Origin: Hyphomicrobiales bacterium
GTDB taxonomy: Bacteria > Pseudomonadota > Alphaproteobacteria > Rhizobiales > Kaistiaceae
NCBI GenBank assembly: GCA_043741595.1
Contig: JAYTZZ010000009.1
Coordinates: 1-33,129, forward strand
DNA: 33,129 nt
Reading direction: 5' to 3'
This document shows, in pieces, positions 13,365 through 25,297 of the stretch. Below the pieces are notes generated by a model that made no database searches, was not told the origin of the DNA, and was given only the letters and a program-made list of their open reading frames with translations. How positions within the stretch are numbered: position 1 is the first letter of the stretch; each line of letters begins with the position of its first letter. A program made the position numbers and the translations under genes.

Positions 13365-13691
13365 TCAACCCTTGGGCAGGTAGGGGATCGTGCCGGCCAG
13401 ATCGGTGTCGTCAATAAGCTGGAAACGGCTTTCGCTGCCGCGCTGACGGGCCGCGACGAGAGGAGCGTATTCGGGATCGTGGACGAAGGCCTCGGCGTCC
13501 GATGCCGACGGAAACTCCATGATTGCGATCAGCGAGGTATCCAGCGGCTTACCCTCCAGCGTCTTCACATTCCCGCTGCGCGACAGGTATTTGCCACCGT
13601 GCTTGTGCACGAGATTGTGCACCGAAGCCGCATATCCGGGCACCCACTTGTCGTCTTTCACTTTGATGTCTGCGATCAGGTAAGCTGCCAT
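13365..13691 (-). CDS. DUF1330 domain-containing protein (dimeric alpha/beta-barrel-like)
   Basis: 108 aa. MAAYLIADIKVKD...YLSRSG...LEG...IAIMEFPSASDAEAF..PEYAPL pattern typical of DUF1330. AAGGA SD upstream. Confidence 0.85.
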   Translation of the reverse strand: MAAYLIADIKVKDDKWVPGYAASVHNLVHKHGGKYLSRSGNVKTLEGKPLDTSLIAIMEFPSASDAEAFVHDPEYAPLVAARQRGSESRFQLIDDTDLAGTIPYLPKG

Positions 13692-13803
13692 TGTTCTTTT
13701 CCTTTGTTTTTGCTTGGCGTCGTTGGGAAGAGGCGTGTACCTATGCCGATCCTTCGCCGATGCGAATGATCGACCGTCCGCGACGCTTGACGCGGCGTCC
13801 TGC

Positions 13804-13819
13804 TGTGACCCACGTCACA
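13804..13819. promoter_or_regulatory. candidate operator: inverted repeat TGTGAC-N4-GTCACA in the DUF1330/AraC divergent spacer
   Basis: Perfect 6-bp arms read directly, about 35 nt upstream of the AraC ATG. No binding evidence exists. Confidence 0.2.
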
Positions 13820-13853
13820 CGCCGCCCAGCCCCGATCGCCCTAAGAGAGTTTC

Positions 13854-14849
13854 ATGGCTACTGACGCACTATCGGATGTGCTGAGAACGGTCCGGCTCAC
13901 CGGCGCGACGTTTTTCAACGTCGTCGGCAAGGCGCCGTGGGTTGCCGAGCAGCCGACGCCGGAAATGGTCCTGCCGAAGGTTCTGCCGGGCGCCGAGCAC
14001 CTGATTGCCTATCATGTGATCACCGAGGGCCGGTGCTTTGCGAGCATCGTCGGCGGCGAGGCGATCGCGGTCGAAGCCGGTGAAGTCATCGTCTTCACCA
14101 ATGGCGATGCGCATGTCATGTCGAGCAGTCCCGGCATGCGCGCCAAGCCGGTTACTCCGGACGCTGTCGACCATAGCGGCATTCAGTTGCCGTTCTTCGT
14201 CAACTATGGCGCCGATGGGCCAACCTCGGCCAAACTCGTCTGCGGGTTTCTCGCTTGCGATGCGCGCCCGTTCAATCCGCTTCTTGAGAATCTGCCACCG
14301 GTGTTCAAGGTGGGTGACGCAAGCGGCAGCGATCCCGGGTGGCTTGGCCAGTTCATCCGTCTTGCGACGCGGGAATCGGCCGACAAGCGTGCCGGCGGCG
14401 AAAGCGTGCTGGCCAAACTCAGCGAGCTGATGTTCATCGAGGTCGTGCGCCGCTATCTGGAGGCTCTGCCGCCGGAGCAAGCCGGGTGGCTGGCTGGTCT
14501 GCGCGATCCCTTCGTCGGTAAAGCACTGTCATTGCTGCACGGGGCACCCGCGCAAAACTGGACTATCGAGGAACTGGCGAAACAGGTCGGCGTGTCGCGC
14601 TCGGTCCTCGCCGAGCGCTTCACCGATCTGGTCGGCATTCCACCGATGCAGTATCTCGCCAAATGGCGCATGCAGATCGCTTCGGGGCTCCTCGCCAGCG
14701 GCAGCGCCAATGTCGCGACCGTCGCCAACACGATCGGCTACGGATCCGAAGCTGCCTTCAGCCGCGCCTTCAAAAAGATGGTGGGAGTCTCACCGTCCGC
14801 CTGGCGTCGAAGCCGCATGCAGGAGGTCGGGGCGAGCGTCGTTGGCTAG
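13854..14849 (+). CDS. AraC-family transcriptional regulator with N-terminal cupin sensor domain
   Basis: N-terminus [18 protein letters not shown] (cupin_6-type). C-terminal double HTH ([20 protein letters not shown]...[11 protein letters not shown]...[14 protein letters not shown]). Confidence 0.9.
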   Translation: MATDALSDVLRTVRLTGATFFNVVGKAPWVAEQPTPEMVLPKVLPGAEHLIAYHVITEGRCFASIVGGEAIAVEAGEVIVFTNGDAHVMSSSPGMRAKPVTPDAVDHSGIQLPFFVNYGADGPTSAKLVCGFLACDARPFNPLLENLPPVFKVGDASGSDPGWLGQFIRLATRESADKRAGGESVLAKLSELMFIEVVRRYLEALPPEQAGWLAGLRDPFVGKALSLLHGAPAQNWTIEELAKQVGVSRSVLAERFTDLVGIPPMQYLAKWRMQIASGLLASGSANVATVANTIGYGSEAAFSRAFKKMVGVSPSAWRRSRMQEVGASVVG

Positions 14850-15502
14850 TCGATCTTCATCCCTGTCTTCTTCCAGTCGGCCAGAAATGCGGAGAGGCCG
14901 CCGTCGGTCAGCGGGTGCTTGGTCAGGCTCTTGATGAGCGCCGCCGGCATGGTCGCCACATCGGCGCCGATCATCGCCGCCTGTTGGACGTGGAGCGGCG
15001 TGCGCATTGAGGCGGCGAGAATCTCGGTCTTGAAATTCGGATAGTTGTCGTACATCGCGCGAATCTCGCGGATGAGATCCATCCCTTCGTAGCCGATGTC
15101 GTCGAGGCGGCCGATGAAGGGCGAGATGAACGTCGCGCCCGCCTTGGCGGCGAGCAGCGCCTGATTGGACGAGAAGCAGAGAGTCACGTTGACCTTGTGC
15201 CCCTTCTGACTGAGCGTCCGGCAGGCGCGAAGGCCGTCCCAGGTGAGGGGTACTTTTATCGTCACGTTCTTGGCGATGGCCGCGAGCGTCGCGCCTTCGG
15301 CGAGCATGCCGTCGTAGTCGGTGGCGGTGACCTCGGCCGACACCGGTCCGGGAATGATCGAGCAGATCTCGGCGATCACGTCCTTGATTGGCCGCCCGGT
15401 CTTGGCGATCAACGATGGGTTGGTGGTAACCCCATCGACCAGGCCGGTCAGGGCGAGTTCGCGGATTTCGTTCACGTCGGCGCTGTCGACGAAGAATTTC
15501 AT
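14846..15502 (-). CDS. fsa: fructose-6-phosphate aldolase / type 3B transaldolase family
   Basis: [16 protein letters not shown]...GVTTNPSL...IKVP...NVTLCFS...[10 protein letters not shown]. 218 aa. AGGAAG SD upstream. Confidence 0.93.
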   Translation of the reverse strand: MKFFVDSADVNEIRELALTGLVDGVTTNPSLIAKTGRPIKDVIAEICSIIPGPVSAEVTATDYDGMLAEGATLAAIAKNVTIKVPLTWDGLRACRTLSQKGHKVNVTLCFSSNQALLAAKAGATFISPFIGRLDDIGYEGMDLIREIRAMYDNYPNFKTEILAASMRTPLHVQQAAMIGADVATMPAALIKSLTKHPLTDGGLSAFLADWKKTGMKID

Positions 15503-15621
15503 GGGTCATCTTCCTATATGTGCGCCTGGCTCAATCGGGCCCGCGATGCAGGCTTTCCTTTAGACCAAAGCGGGGCCATCGTCAGCGCCCACCCATCACA
15601 AGTTGGAGATTCGGAAGACCC

Positions 15622-17793
15622 GTGGCCGGCGAGAAGATCGTTTCAGTGCTGGTCCCGGTCGCGGTCGCCGCGCCCTACACCTATCGCGCTCCCGAGGGCG
15701 CGAGAGCCGGCGACATCGTCGAGGTGCCCCTCGGCACGCGCGACGCCGTCGGCGTGATCTGGGACGATCCGCCCGATCCAGCGATCGGCCACAATCGCCT
15801 CAGACCCATCGCCGGCACGTTCGACGTTGCGCCGCTGTCGAAGGAGATTCGCGGCTTCGTCGACTGGGTCGCGGACTACACACTCACCACGCGCGGAATG
15901 GTCCTCCGGATGATCCTGCGGTCGCCGGGCGCACTGGAACCGGAGGCGCCGGTACCGGGTGTTCGCCTTGGCGGTCCGCCACCGGCGCGCATGACCCCGG
16001 CACGAGCGCGTGTGCTGGCGCATATTTCCGAAGGTGGGCTGGCGTGGACGAAGTCGGGGCTTGCCGCTGCTGCCGGCGTGACGCCCTCTGTCGTGCAGGG
16101 CCTGATCGACGCCGGGACGCTCGAAGTTGTGATGATGCCGGCGTCACCTGCCGCTCTTCCCGCCGACCCCGATTACGGGAAGCCCGAATTGTCCGTGGAA
16201 CAGGAAGCGGCGGCCGCGTCGCTTCGCCAGTCGGTCGCGACCGGCGGCTATTCGGTAACGCTGCTGGACGGCATCACAGGTTCCGGCAAGACAGAGGTCT
16301 ATTTCGAGGCGGTGGCTGCGGCGCTGAAGGCCGACCGGCAGGTCCTCATTCTGATTCCGGAGATCGCACTCACCGCCGGGTTCCTCGAGCGCTTCGCACT
16401 CCGCTTCGGCGCGCGCCCCGCCGAATGGCATTCGGACGTTCCGCCGAGGGGACGCGAGCGCGTCTGGCGCGGCGTTGCCGATGGGCGCGTTCGCGTCGTC
16501 GTTGGTGCGCGCTCGGCGCTCTTTCTTCCGTTCAAGGAGCTCGGCCTCATCGTCGTCGATGAGGAGCACGATCTTGCCTACAAGCAGGAGGAGGGCGCGG
16601 TCTACAACGCGCGCGACATGGCGGTGGTACGCGCGCACCTCGCCGGCTTCCCCGTCGTGCTGTCGTCGGCGACGCCATCGATCGAGAGTCGCGTCAACGC
16701 GGACGCCGGGCGCTACAAGCGCATCGTCCTCTCCGATCGCTACCTCGACGCGGCCTTGCCGACAGTCACCGCCGTTGATCTCCGCAAGGATCAGCCGGAG
16801 CGTGGAAGATTCCTGTCGCCGCCGCTCGTCGCCGCCGTCGCCGAGGCGCTTGCCCAAAAGCAACAGGCGCTCCTGTTTCTGAACCGTCGCGGTTATGCAC
16901 CGCTGACGCTGTGTCGCAACTGCGGCCACCGTTTCCAGTGCCCCAACTGCTCAACGTGGCTGGTGGAACATCGCTTCCGCGGCATTCTCCTCTGTCATCA
17001 CTGCGGCCACACCGAACCAAAGCCGAAGGTCTGCCCAAGCTGCGAGGCTACGGACAGCCTGACACCGGTCGGCCCCGGTATCGAGCGGCTGCAGGAAGAA
17101 GTCGCCGCGCGTTTTCCCGAGGCGCGCACCATTGCCCTCTCCAGCGATCTCATCGGCGGCGTTCAGCGCATGCGGCTGGAACTCGCGGCGATCGCCAAGG
17201 GCGAGGTCGATATCGTCATCGGTACGCAGCTCGTCGCCAAGGGGCACAACTTTCCCCTCCTCACCCTCGTCGGCGTGGTCGATGCCGACCTCGGACTGGC
17301 CAACGGCGACCTGCGCGCCGCCGAGCGCACATTCCAATTGCTAAGCCAGGTTACCGGCCGAGCAGGGCGCTCTGGCGGTTCGAGCAACGCTGTGTTGCAA
17401 ACGTACGCCCCCGAGCATTTGGTCGTGCAAGCTATCGTGCAAGGCGATCGGGAAGCCTTCTATTCCCGCGAAATCGCCGCCCGCCGGGAGGCCGGTCTGC
17501 CGCCCTTCGGGCGTCTCGCCGCCGTCATTGTCTCCGGCCTAAGTCGCGGAGAAGCCTTGGCTTTTGCCTCTGCCGTCCGCCGTTCAGCGCCCGTCGACCC
17601 GGCGATTTCGGTGCTCGGACCTGCCGAAGCGCCGCTCGCCGTGATCCGCGGCCGCCATCGTTTTCGTCTCCTCGTGCATTCTCCTAGAAATTCGAACATG
17701 CAGGCGTACATGCGCGTGTGGCTCTCGAACGCGCCCAAGCAACGCGCCGACCTGCGTATCCAGGTCGACATCGATCCGCAGAGTTTTCTCTAG
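15622..17793 (+). CDS. priA: primosomal replication restart helicase PriA (protein N')
   Basis: Walker A GITGSGKT, VVDEEHD, and Cys-rich zinc motifs CRNCGH..CPNC...CHHCGH...CPSC. Homology begins near IVSVLVPVAV, so the GTG at 15622 is preferred over the 15520 extension. Confidence 0.9.
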   Translation: MAGEKIVSVLVPVAVAAPYTYRAPEGARAGDIVEVPLGTRDAVGVIWDDPPDPAIGHNRLRPIAGTFDVAPLSKEIRGFVDWVADYTLTTRGMVLRMILRSPGALEPEAPVPGVRLGGPPPARMTPARARVLAHISEGGLAWTKSGLAAAAGVTPSVVQGLIDAGTLEVVMMPASPAALPADPDYGKPELSVEQEAAAASLRQSVATGGYSVTLLDGITGSGKTEVYFEAVAAALKADRQVLILIPEIALTAGFLERFALRFGARPAEWHSDVPPRGRERVWRGVADGRVRVVVGARSALFLPFKELGLIVVDEEHDLAYKQEEGAVYNARDMAVVRAHLAGFPVVLSSATPSIESRVNADAGRYKRIVLSDRYLDAALPTVTAVDLRKDQPERGRFLSPPLVAAVAEALAQKQQALLFLNRRGYAPLTLCRNCGHRFQCPNCSTWLVEHRFRGILLCHHCGHTEPKPKVCPSCEATDSLTPVGPGIERLQEEVAARFPEARTIALSSDLIGGVQRMRLELAAIAKGEVDIVIGTQLVAKGHNFPLLTLVGVVDADLGLANGDLRAAERTFQLLSQVTGRAGRSGGSSNAVLQTYAPEHLVVQAIVQGDREAFYSREIAARREAGLPPFGRLAAVIVSGLSRGEALAFASAVRRSAPVDPAISVLGPAEAPLAVIRGRHRFRLLVHSPRNSNMQAYMRVWLSNAPKQRADLRIQVDIDPQSFL

Positions 17794-17922
17794 CCAGCAA
17801 TTCCGTCATATTGCCCTGCAGTAGGGCCTATGCTAAGCGAACCCGCAGATAACGGGCATTGGCTGGTCTCTTGGTCGGCTGCCTGAAAAATCAATCCGTT
17901 CAAGGCCTTACGACGATGGGCC

Positions 17923-17943
17923 GGGCCTCTCCGAATGAGGCCC
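17923..17943 (+). other. stem-loop in the atp operon leader (GGGCCTC / GAGGCCC, 7-nt loop)
   Basis: Read directly. It lies 25 nt upstream of the atpH GTG. No U-tract follows. Confidence 0.3.
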
Positions 17944-17968
17944 ACCATGTCGAAGGTAAGGGGACAGA

Positions 17969-18529
17969 GTGGCCGGCAGCACGTCTTCTGTTTCGGGTGT
18001 CGCGGAGCGATACGCCAACGCGCTGTTCGGGGTGGCGCTCGACGAAAAAATGCTTCCCGCTGTCGAGAAAGACCTGGATCGCTTCACGGCGTTGATTGAC
18101 GAGAATCCTGATCTCGGCCGGTTGGTGAGGAGTCCGGTTTTCTCCGCCAACGAGCAGAGCCGCGCGATTGCGGCCGTGCTCGACAAGGCGGAGATCGGCG
18201 GGCTCGTTGCTAATCTCGTCAAGGTCACGGCCGCCAACCGTCGGCTCTTCGCCGTTCCGGACATGATCACTGCATTCAAAAGGCTTGCCGCAAAACACCG
18301 TGGCGAAGTTGCTGCGGAGGTCACCAGCGCCGAGCCGCTTTCCGAAAAGCATGGCGCCGATCTGAGGACAGCGCTCAAGGCCTCGCTCGGGAAGGACGTG
18401 ACGCTTGTTTCCCACGTCGATCCGTCGTTGATCGGCGGGCTCATCGTCAAAGTCGGCAGTCGCATGATCGACGGGTCGCTCCGCACCAAACTCAATTCGC
18501 TCAAACTCGCCATGAAAGAGGTCGGCTGA
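17969..18529 (+). CDS. atpH: F0F1 ATP synthase subunit delta (OSCP)
   Basis: [19 protein letters not shown]-terminus, 186 aa. GTG start with AAGGGGA SD. The stop overlaps the atpA ATG. Confidence 0.92.
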   Translation: MAGSTSSVSGVAERYANALFGVALDEKMLPAVEKDLDRFTALIDENPDLGRLVRSPVFSANEQSRAIAAVLDKAEIGGLVANLVKVTAANRRLFAVPDMITAFKRLAAKHRGEVAAEVTSAEPLSEKHGADLRTALKASLGKDVTLVSHVDPSLIGGLIVKVGSRMIDGSLRTKLNSLKLAMKEVG

Positions 18530-20058
18530 TGGAAATCCGCGCCGCAGAAATCTCCGCGATCCTCAAGGAGCAGATCAAGAATTTCGGCAAGGAAGCGGAA
18601 GTCTCCGAAGTCGGCCAGGTGCTGTCGGTTGGCGACGGTATCGCCCGCATTTACGGCCTCGACAACGTCCAGGCCGGTGAGATGGTCGAGTTTCCGGGCG
18701 GTATCCGTGGGATGGCTCTCAACCTTGAGAGCGACAACGTCGGCGTCGTCATTTTCGGCAACGACCGCGACATCAAGGAAGGCGACACAGTCAAGCGCAC
18801 CGGTTCGATCGTCGACGTGCCGGTCGGCAAGGGTCTTCTCGGCCGCGTGGTCGATGCCCTCGGCAATCCAATTGATGGCAAAGGTCCGATCAAGAGCGAG
18901 GAACGCAAGCGCGTCGATGTGAAGGCGCCAGGTATCATTCCGCGACGCTCGGTGCATGAGCCGATGCAGACCGGCCTCAAGGCAATTGACGCGCTCATCC
19001 CGATCGGCCGCGGCCAGCGCGAGTTGATCATCGGCGACCGCCAGACCGGTAAGACCGCCGTTGCGCTTGACGCGATCCTCAACCAGAAATCGATCAACGC
19101 CACGGGCGACGAGAGCCAGAAGCTCTATTGCGTCTACGTCGCCATCGGTCAGAAGCGCTCGACCGTAGCGCAATTCGTGAAGGTGCTGGAGGAGAACGGC
19201 GCGCTCGACTATTCGATCATCGTTGCGGCCACCGCGTCCGATCCGGCACCGATGCAGTTCCTGGCGCCGATGTCGGGCTGTACGATGGGCGAGTACTTCC
19301 GCGACAACGGAATGCACGCTCTCATCATCTACGACGATTTGTCGAAGCAAGCCGTCGCCTACCGCCAGATGTCGCTGCTGCTGCGACGTCCGCCGGGCCG
19401 CGAAGCCTATCCCGGTGACGTGTTCTACCTGCACTCACGTCTTCTTGAGCGTGCCGCCAAGCTCAACAAGGACAACGGTTCCGGGTCGCTGACGGCACTG
19501 CCGATCATCGAGACGCAGGCGAACGACGTGTCGGCCTACATTCCAACCAACGTCATCTCCATCACCGACGGGCAGATATTCCTGGAGACCGATCTTTTCT
19601 ATCAGGGTATCCGCCCGGCGGTTAACGTCGGCATCTCGGTGTCGCGCGTTGGCTCGGCCGCACAGATCAAGGCAATGAAGCAGGTTGCCGGCACGATCAA
19701 GGGCGAACTCGCCCAATACCGCGAGATGGCGGCGTTCGCGCAGTTCGGCTCGGACCTCGATCCGGCGACCCAACGCCTTCTTAATCGCGGCGCACGCCTT
19801 ACCGAGCTCCTCAAGCAGCCGCAGTTCTCACCGCTCCGTGTCGAGGAACAGGTGGCGGTTATCTTCGCCGGCGTGAACGGATATCTCGATAAACTGCCCG
19901 TCAACAAAGTTGGTGAGTTTGAGCAAGGATTCCTGGCGCTGCTCCGCACCGATCATGCAGCGCTGCTTGGCGAAATCCGCGACAAACGTGAACTGACTGA
20001 CGAGACGCGGGCCAAGCTCAAAACTGCGGCGGATTCTTTCTCTAAAGTCTTCGCTTGA
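18529..20058 (+). CDS. atpA: F0F1 ATP synthase subunit alpha
   Basis: Walker A GDRQTGKT. 509 aa. Canonical alpha-subunit sequence throughout. Confidence 0.98.
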   Translation: MEIRAAEISAILKEQIKNFGKEAEVSEVGQVLSVGDGIARIYGLDNVQAGEMVEFPGGIRGMALNLESDNVGVVIFGNDRDIKEGDTVKRTGSIVDVPVGKGLLGRVVDALGNPIDGKGPIKSEERKRVDVKAPGIIPRRSVHEPMQTGLKAIDALIPIGRGQRELIIGDRQTGKTAVALDAILNQKSINATGDESQKLYCVYVAIGQKRSTVAQFVKVLEENGALDYSIIVAATASDPAPMQFLAPMSGCTMGEYFRDNGMHALIIYDDLSKQAVAYRQMSLLLRRPPGREAYPGDVFYLHSRLLERAAKLNKDNGSGSLTALPIIETQANDVSAYIPTNVISITDGQIFLETDLFYQGIRPAVNVGISVSRVGSAAQIKAMKQVAGTIKGELAQYREMAAFAQFGSDLDPATQRLLNRGARLTELLKQPQFSPLRVEEQVAVIFAGVNGYLDKLPVNKVGEFEQGFLALLRTDHAALLGEIRDKRELTDETRAKLKTAADSFSKVFA

Positions 20059-20087
20059 GTGCCCGAGACCGGTAGTCGGACAGGCAG

Positions 20088-22437
<2,350 letters not shown>

Positions 22438-22439
22438 AC

Positions 22440-22685
22440 ATGAACAACAAGGTCATTCTGCTCGTTGTCGGCCTTTTGGTCGGCGGGTTGATCGGGTTCT
22501 TGACGCGGCCGCAAACCGCCGAGATCAAGCTTGGGCCAATCTCCATGGAGGTGCAGACAGACCAAACGGCTGCCCCCGGCGATTCGGTGACCAGCAGCCA
22601 GTGGCAGCAAATCGGAATTTTTGCGGTGATCGGGGGGCTTGTTGGCGCCGGGCTCGGTTTCGCCGCCGACCGCCGCCGCACCTGA
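22440..22685 (+). CDS. small hypothetical membrane protein (2 predicted TM helices, glycine-zipper rich)
   Basis: 81 codons. ATG 2 nt after the atpD TAA, with GGAGG 9 nt upstream. Hydrophobic segments VILLVVGLLVGGLIGFL and IGIFAVIGGLVGAGLGFAA. C-terminal DRRRT. It exactly fills the atpD-atpC gap. I recognise no homolog. Confidence 0.6.
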   Translation: MNNKVILLVVGLLVGGLIGFLTRPQTAEIKLGPISMEVQTDQTAAPGDSVTSSQWQQIGIFAVIGGLVGAGLGFAADRRRT

Positions 22686-22692
22686 GGTTCCT

Positions 22693-23097
22693 ATGGCCGA
22701 GCCCTTCCAGTTCGAACTTGTCTCGCCGGAGCGGCTCCTCCTTTCGGGTCCGGTCGACCAAGTCGTTGTGCCGGGCTCCGAGGGCTATTTCACGGTGCTC
22801 AAGGGGCACGCACCGTTCATGTCGACGCTGCGTCCCGGCGTTGTCGAGGTGATCCGGGGCGAGGGCGATATTCGCATCTTCGTCCGTGGCGGATTCGCTG
22901 ACGTAAGCGGCGAGGGGCTGACGATCTTGGCCGGGCAGGCGATTCCGCTCGACGAAGTCGATTCGGCGGTTCTGGCGCAGGAAGTCAAGAACGCCGAGGA
23001 AGACGTCGCCGACGCCAAGGACGGCGAGGCCAAAGATGCTGCCGAACTGCGGCTATACCAGCTTAAAGAAGTTCAGACCGCGCTCGCTCCGGCTTAG
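22693..23097 (+). CDS. atpC: F0F1 ATP synthase subunit epsilon
   Basis: MAEPFQFELVSPERLL...VVVPGSEGYFTVLKGHAP. 134 aa. ATG at 22693 with a GAGG SD; the track ORF from 22639 is an extension. Confidence 0.95.
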   Translation: MAEPFQFELVSPERLLLSGPVDQVVVPGSEGYFTVLKGHAPFMSTLRPGVVEVIRGEGDIRIFVRGGFADVSGEGLTILAGQAIPLDEVDSAVLAQEVKNAEEDVADAKDGEAKDAAELRLYQLKEVQTALAPA

Positions 23098-23103
23098 TCG
23101 ATC

Positions 23104-23589
23104 TCAGACCCACCGACGGACGCGGGCCTTGAAGTCGCGGTACTCGTTTCCGAACTTTGCTTCGAGATAACGCTCCTCGCGGTTGATGACCTGCAGGCGG
23201 ATGATGCCGACAACCGGCACCAGCGCGATCAGAGGCCAGAGCGCATTACCAACGAGCGCGAAGCCGGCAAGCATCAGGCCCATGCCGAGGTACATCGGAT
23301 TGCGGGTGAAACGGTAAGGACCGTCGATGGCGAGAGCGGTCGTCGGCTGGGTTGGATTTGGCGGTGTGCCAAGGCGTCCAAACAAACTTGCTGCGGAAAG
23401 CACAAGCCAGACGCCGAGGGCGAGCACGACGATGCCCACGACTCGGACGGGGAAGCTCCACGCTTCAGGTGCGATCGCAATCGGGCGCAGCCACTGGATC
23501 AGGTATCCGACGATCAGCCCGCCTAGATAGACTCCAGGTGGGAAGACGCGCACGCCGGAATTGTCACCGGCAGGGGGTTGCAGTGCCAT
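23104..23589 (-). CDS. isoprenylcysteine carboxyl / phospholipid methyltransferase-family membrane protein
   Basis: Multi-TM protein. C-terminal signature GPYRFTRNPMYLG...REERYLEAKFGNEYRDFKARVRRWV. Confidence 0.8.
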   Translation of the reverse strand: MALQPPAGDNSGVRVFPPGVYLGGLIVGYLIQWLRPIAIAPEAWSFPVRVVGIVVLALGVWLVLSAASLFGRLGTPPNPTQPTTALAIDGPYRFTRNPMYLGMGLMLAGFALVGNALWPLIALVPVVGIIRLQVINREERYLEAKFGNEYRDFKARVRRWV

Positions 23590-23607
23590 CGCGCGACTCC
23601 TTTGCCG

Positions 23608-24120
23608 TCAGGCGGCAATATCCTCGAATGCCGCCACCACCTGCTCATAGACCTTGTGCTTGAACGGCACGATCAGCTCTGGCAGACGGCCGAGTTTCTC
23701 CCAGCGCCACGCGGAAAACTCGGATTTATGCCTCCCGCCGCCCGGATGAAGCACGTCGATTTCGCTCTCGTCGCCCTCAAAGCGAAGCGCGAACCACTTC
23801 TGCTTCTGTCCGCGATAGCGGCCACCCCACGATTGGCCGACAAGTTCGGCTGGCAAATCGTAGCTGAACCATCCGCGCGCCTCCTTGAGGAGGGTCACGC
23901 TTTTGACGGATGTCTCCTCGTAGAGTTCGCGGAGTGCAGCCTTGTATGGATCCTCGCCCTTGTCGAGGCCGCCTTGGGGCATCTGCCACCAGTGGCCTTC
24001 ACCTTCGCCCTCGGCGTCCTTGTCAGAGCGTTTGCCGGCCCACACGAGACCGCCCGGATTGAACAGAGTAACGCCCACGCAAAGACGGTAGGGCAGGTCT
24101 TCGATGGCGGCCTTCTTCAC
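23608..24120 (-). CDS. rppH: RNA pyrophosphohydrolase (Nudix)
   Basis: YRLCVGV..., WQMPQGG, Nudix box [23 protein letters not shown], and [10 protein letters not shown]. Confidence 0.9.
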   Translation of the reverse strand: MKKAAIEDLPYRLCVGVTLFNPGGLVWAGKRSDKDAEGEGEGHWWQMPQGGLDKGEDPYKAALRELYEETSVKSVTLLKEARGWFSYDLPAELVGQSWGGRYRGQKQKWFALRFEGDESEIDVLHPGGGRHKSEFSAWRWEKLGRLPELIVPFKHKVYEQVVAAFEDIAA

Positions 24121-24134
24121 GAGCGATTCGATCT

Positions 24135-25244
24135 CTACGGGCGTCCTGGTAGAATCGCAGTCAGCGGAACGATGGCAATGCCCTTGTCGGCGGCTACCTT
24201 GGCGAAGGCGGCCACGCGTTCGACCGTCAGGGGGAAGGCGGTGGCGGTGGCGACGGCGTAGCCGCGCTCGCGGGCGATCGCCTGCAGTTGCTTCAGGCGA
24301 TCGTCGATCGCCGCGGCGCTGAGATCGGCGTCAAGCACCAGGTCGGAGCGGAGGAACGGCGTCACGCCCCCGGCCAGTTCGGCGGCCTTACTGCGCGCAG
24401 ATGAGCCGTCGTCGAGATAGAGGAGGCCACGGTCGCCGAGTTCTTTCATCACCGGGGATAATGCGTCGGGTTCGCCCGTGAAGCGTGCGCCCATATAGTT
24501 CATGACGCCGACGTAGTTGGTCATGCGACTCAGCAGCCAATGGAGGCGCCCGCGGTTCTCCTCCACGCTGGCGTCGGCGGTGAGGGTATTCAGCCCCGGA
24601 TCGGTCTTGGGATAGTTGAACGGCTCGAGGGGAATCTGCAGGAGGAGTTCGTGCCCGGCGATGCGGGCGGCAGCGACCGAAGCGCCGAGGTCGTCGCCAT
24701 AGGGCGCGAAGGCAAGGGTCACGGCGCCCGGGAGCGCAGTGATCGCTTGTCGGGTGCTATCCCGATCAAGGCCGAGGCCGCCTACCACGATGGCGATACG
24801 GATATCGTCACCCGCGTTCTCGGTCGGTCGGGCGTAAGCGTCCAGCGGCCGGGTGCCGGTGGTGGATACACGAGGAAGCGGGCCGTCGTCGCTGGCCTCG
24901 ATGAGATCCTTCTGCGGCAGGGAAGCGAGTTCGATCGGCCTCTGTTCCGAGGGATCGTGGATGACGACCTCGCCGACTTCGGAAAGGCCGCCGGTTGGCT
25001 GAACCTCGGTGAGGCCCTGAACTGGCGCGGTGGAGCCTGTGCGCTCGGGCGCAATCGGACCAGCGGTGGTCGGTGCGTTGATCACCGCTGTTGCCGTTGG
25101 TCCCCTTGTCGCGGGAATGATCAGCCACGCCACGGTCGCGATGGCGACGACGCCCGCCGTGCCGGCGGCAAGAAAGACTCGCGCTCCGCGCCGCTTGCGC
25201 TCAGGCCCCAACCCGAGGGGCTTGTTCAGGTCGTCTGCCGCCAT
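24135..25244 (-). CDS. divergent polysaccharide deacetylase family protein (YibQ-like)
   Basis: N-terminal TM anchor. IAIVVGGLG...AFAPYG...[12 protein letters not shown]...LTAD...[10 protein letters not shown] pattern of the YibQ/DUF610 family. Confidence 0.85.
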   Translation of the reverse strand: MAADDLNKPLGLGPERKRRGARVFLAAGTAGVVAIATVAWLIIPATRGPTATAVINAPTTAGPIAPERTGSTAPVQGLTEVQPTGGLSEVGEVVIHDPSEQRPIELASLPQKDLIEASDDGPLPRVSTTGTRPLDAYARPTENAGDDIRIAIVVGGLGLDRDSTRQAITALPGAVTLAFAPYGDDLGASVAAARIAGHELLLQIPLEPFNYPKTDPGLNTLTADASVEENRGRLHWLLSRMTNYVGVMNYMGARFTGEPDALSPVMKELGDRGLLYLDDGSSARSKAAELAGGVTPFLRSDLVLDADLSAAAIDDRLKQLQAIARERGYAVATATAFPLTVERVAAFAKVAADKGIAIVPLTAILPGRP

Positions 25245-25297
25245 CAGCCGTTCGCCAGTCTCTTGTGAGAATTGTGGCGCCCGCAGGCGCCATAAAC

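Noticed and set aside
13204-13368. N-terminal 55-codon extension of xerC, overlapping the 3' end of the DUF1330 gene.
   Set aside because: The extension is translated REP-element sequence (VMPAKAGTQ...GPRLRGDDK) and has no counterpart in XerC proteins.
15520-15621. Upstream extensions offered by the ORF track for priA. The same applies to mdh (1939), sucD (4909), atpC (22639), envC-like (28053), rlmH (28523) and proA (30954).
   Set aside because: The homologous N-termini begin at the internal starts given in the feature list. The extensions overlap upstream genes or spacers and look like non-coding translations.
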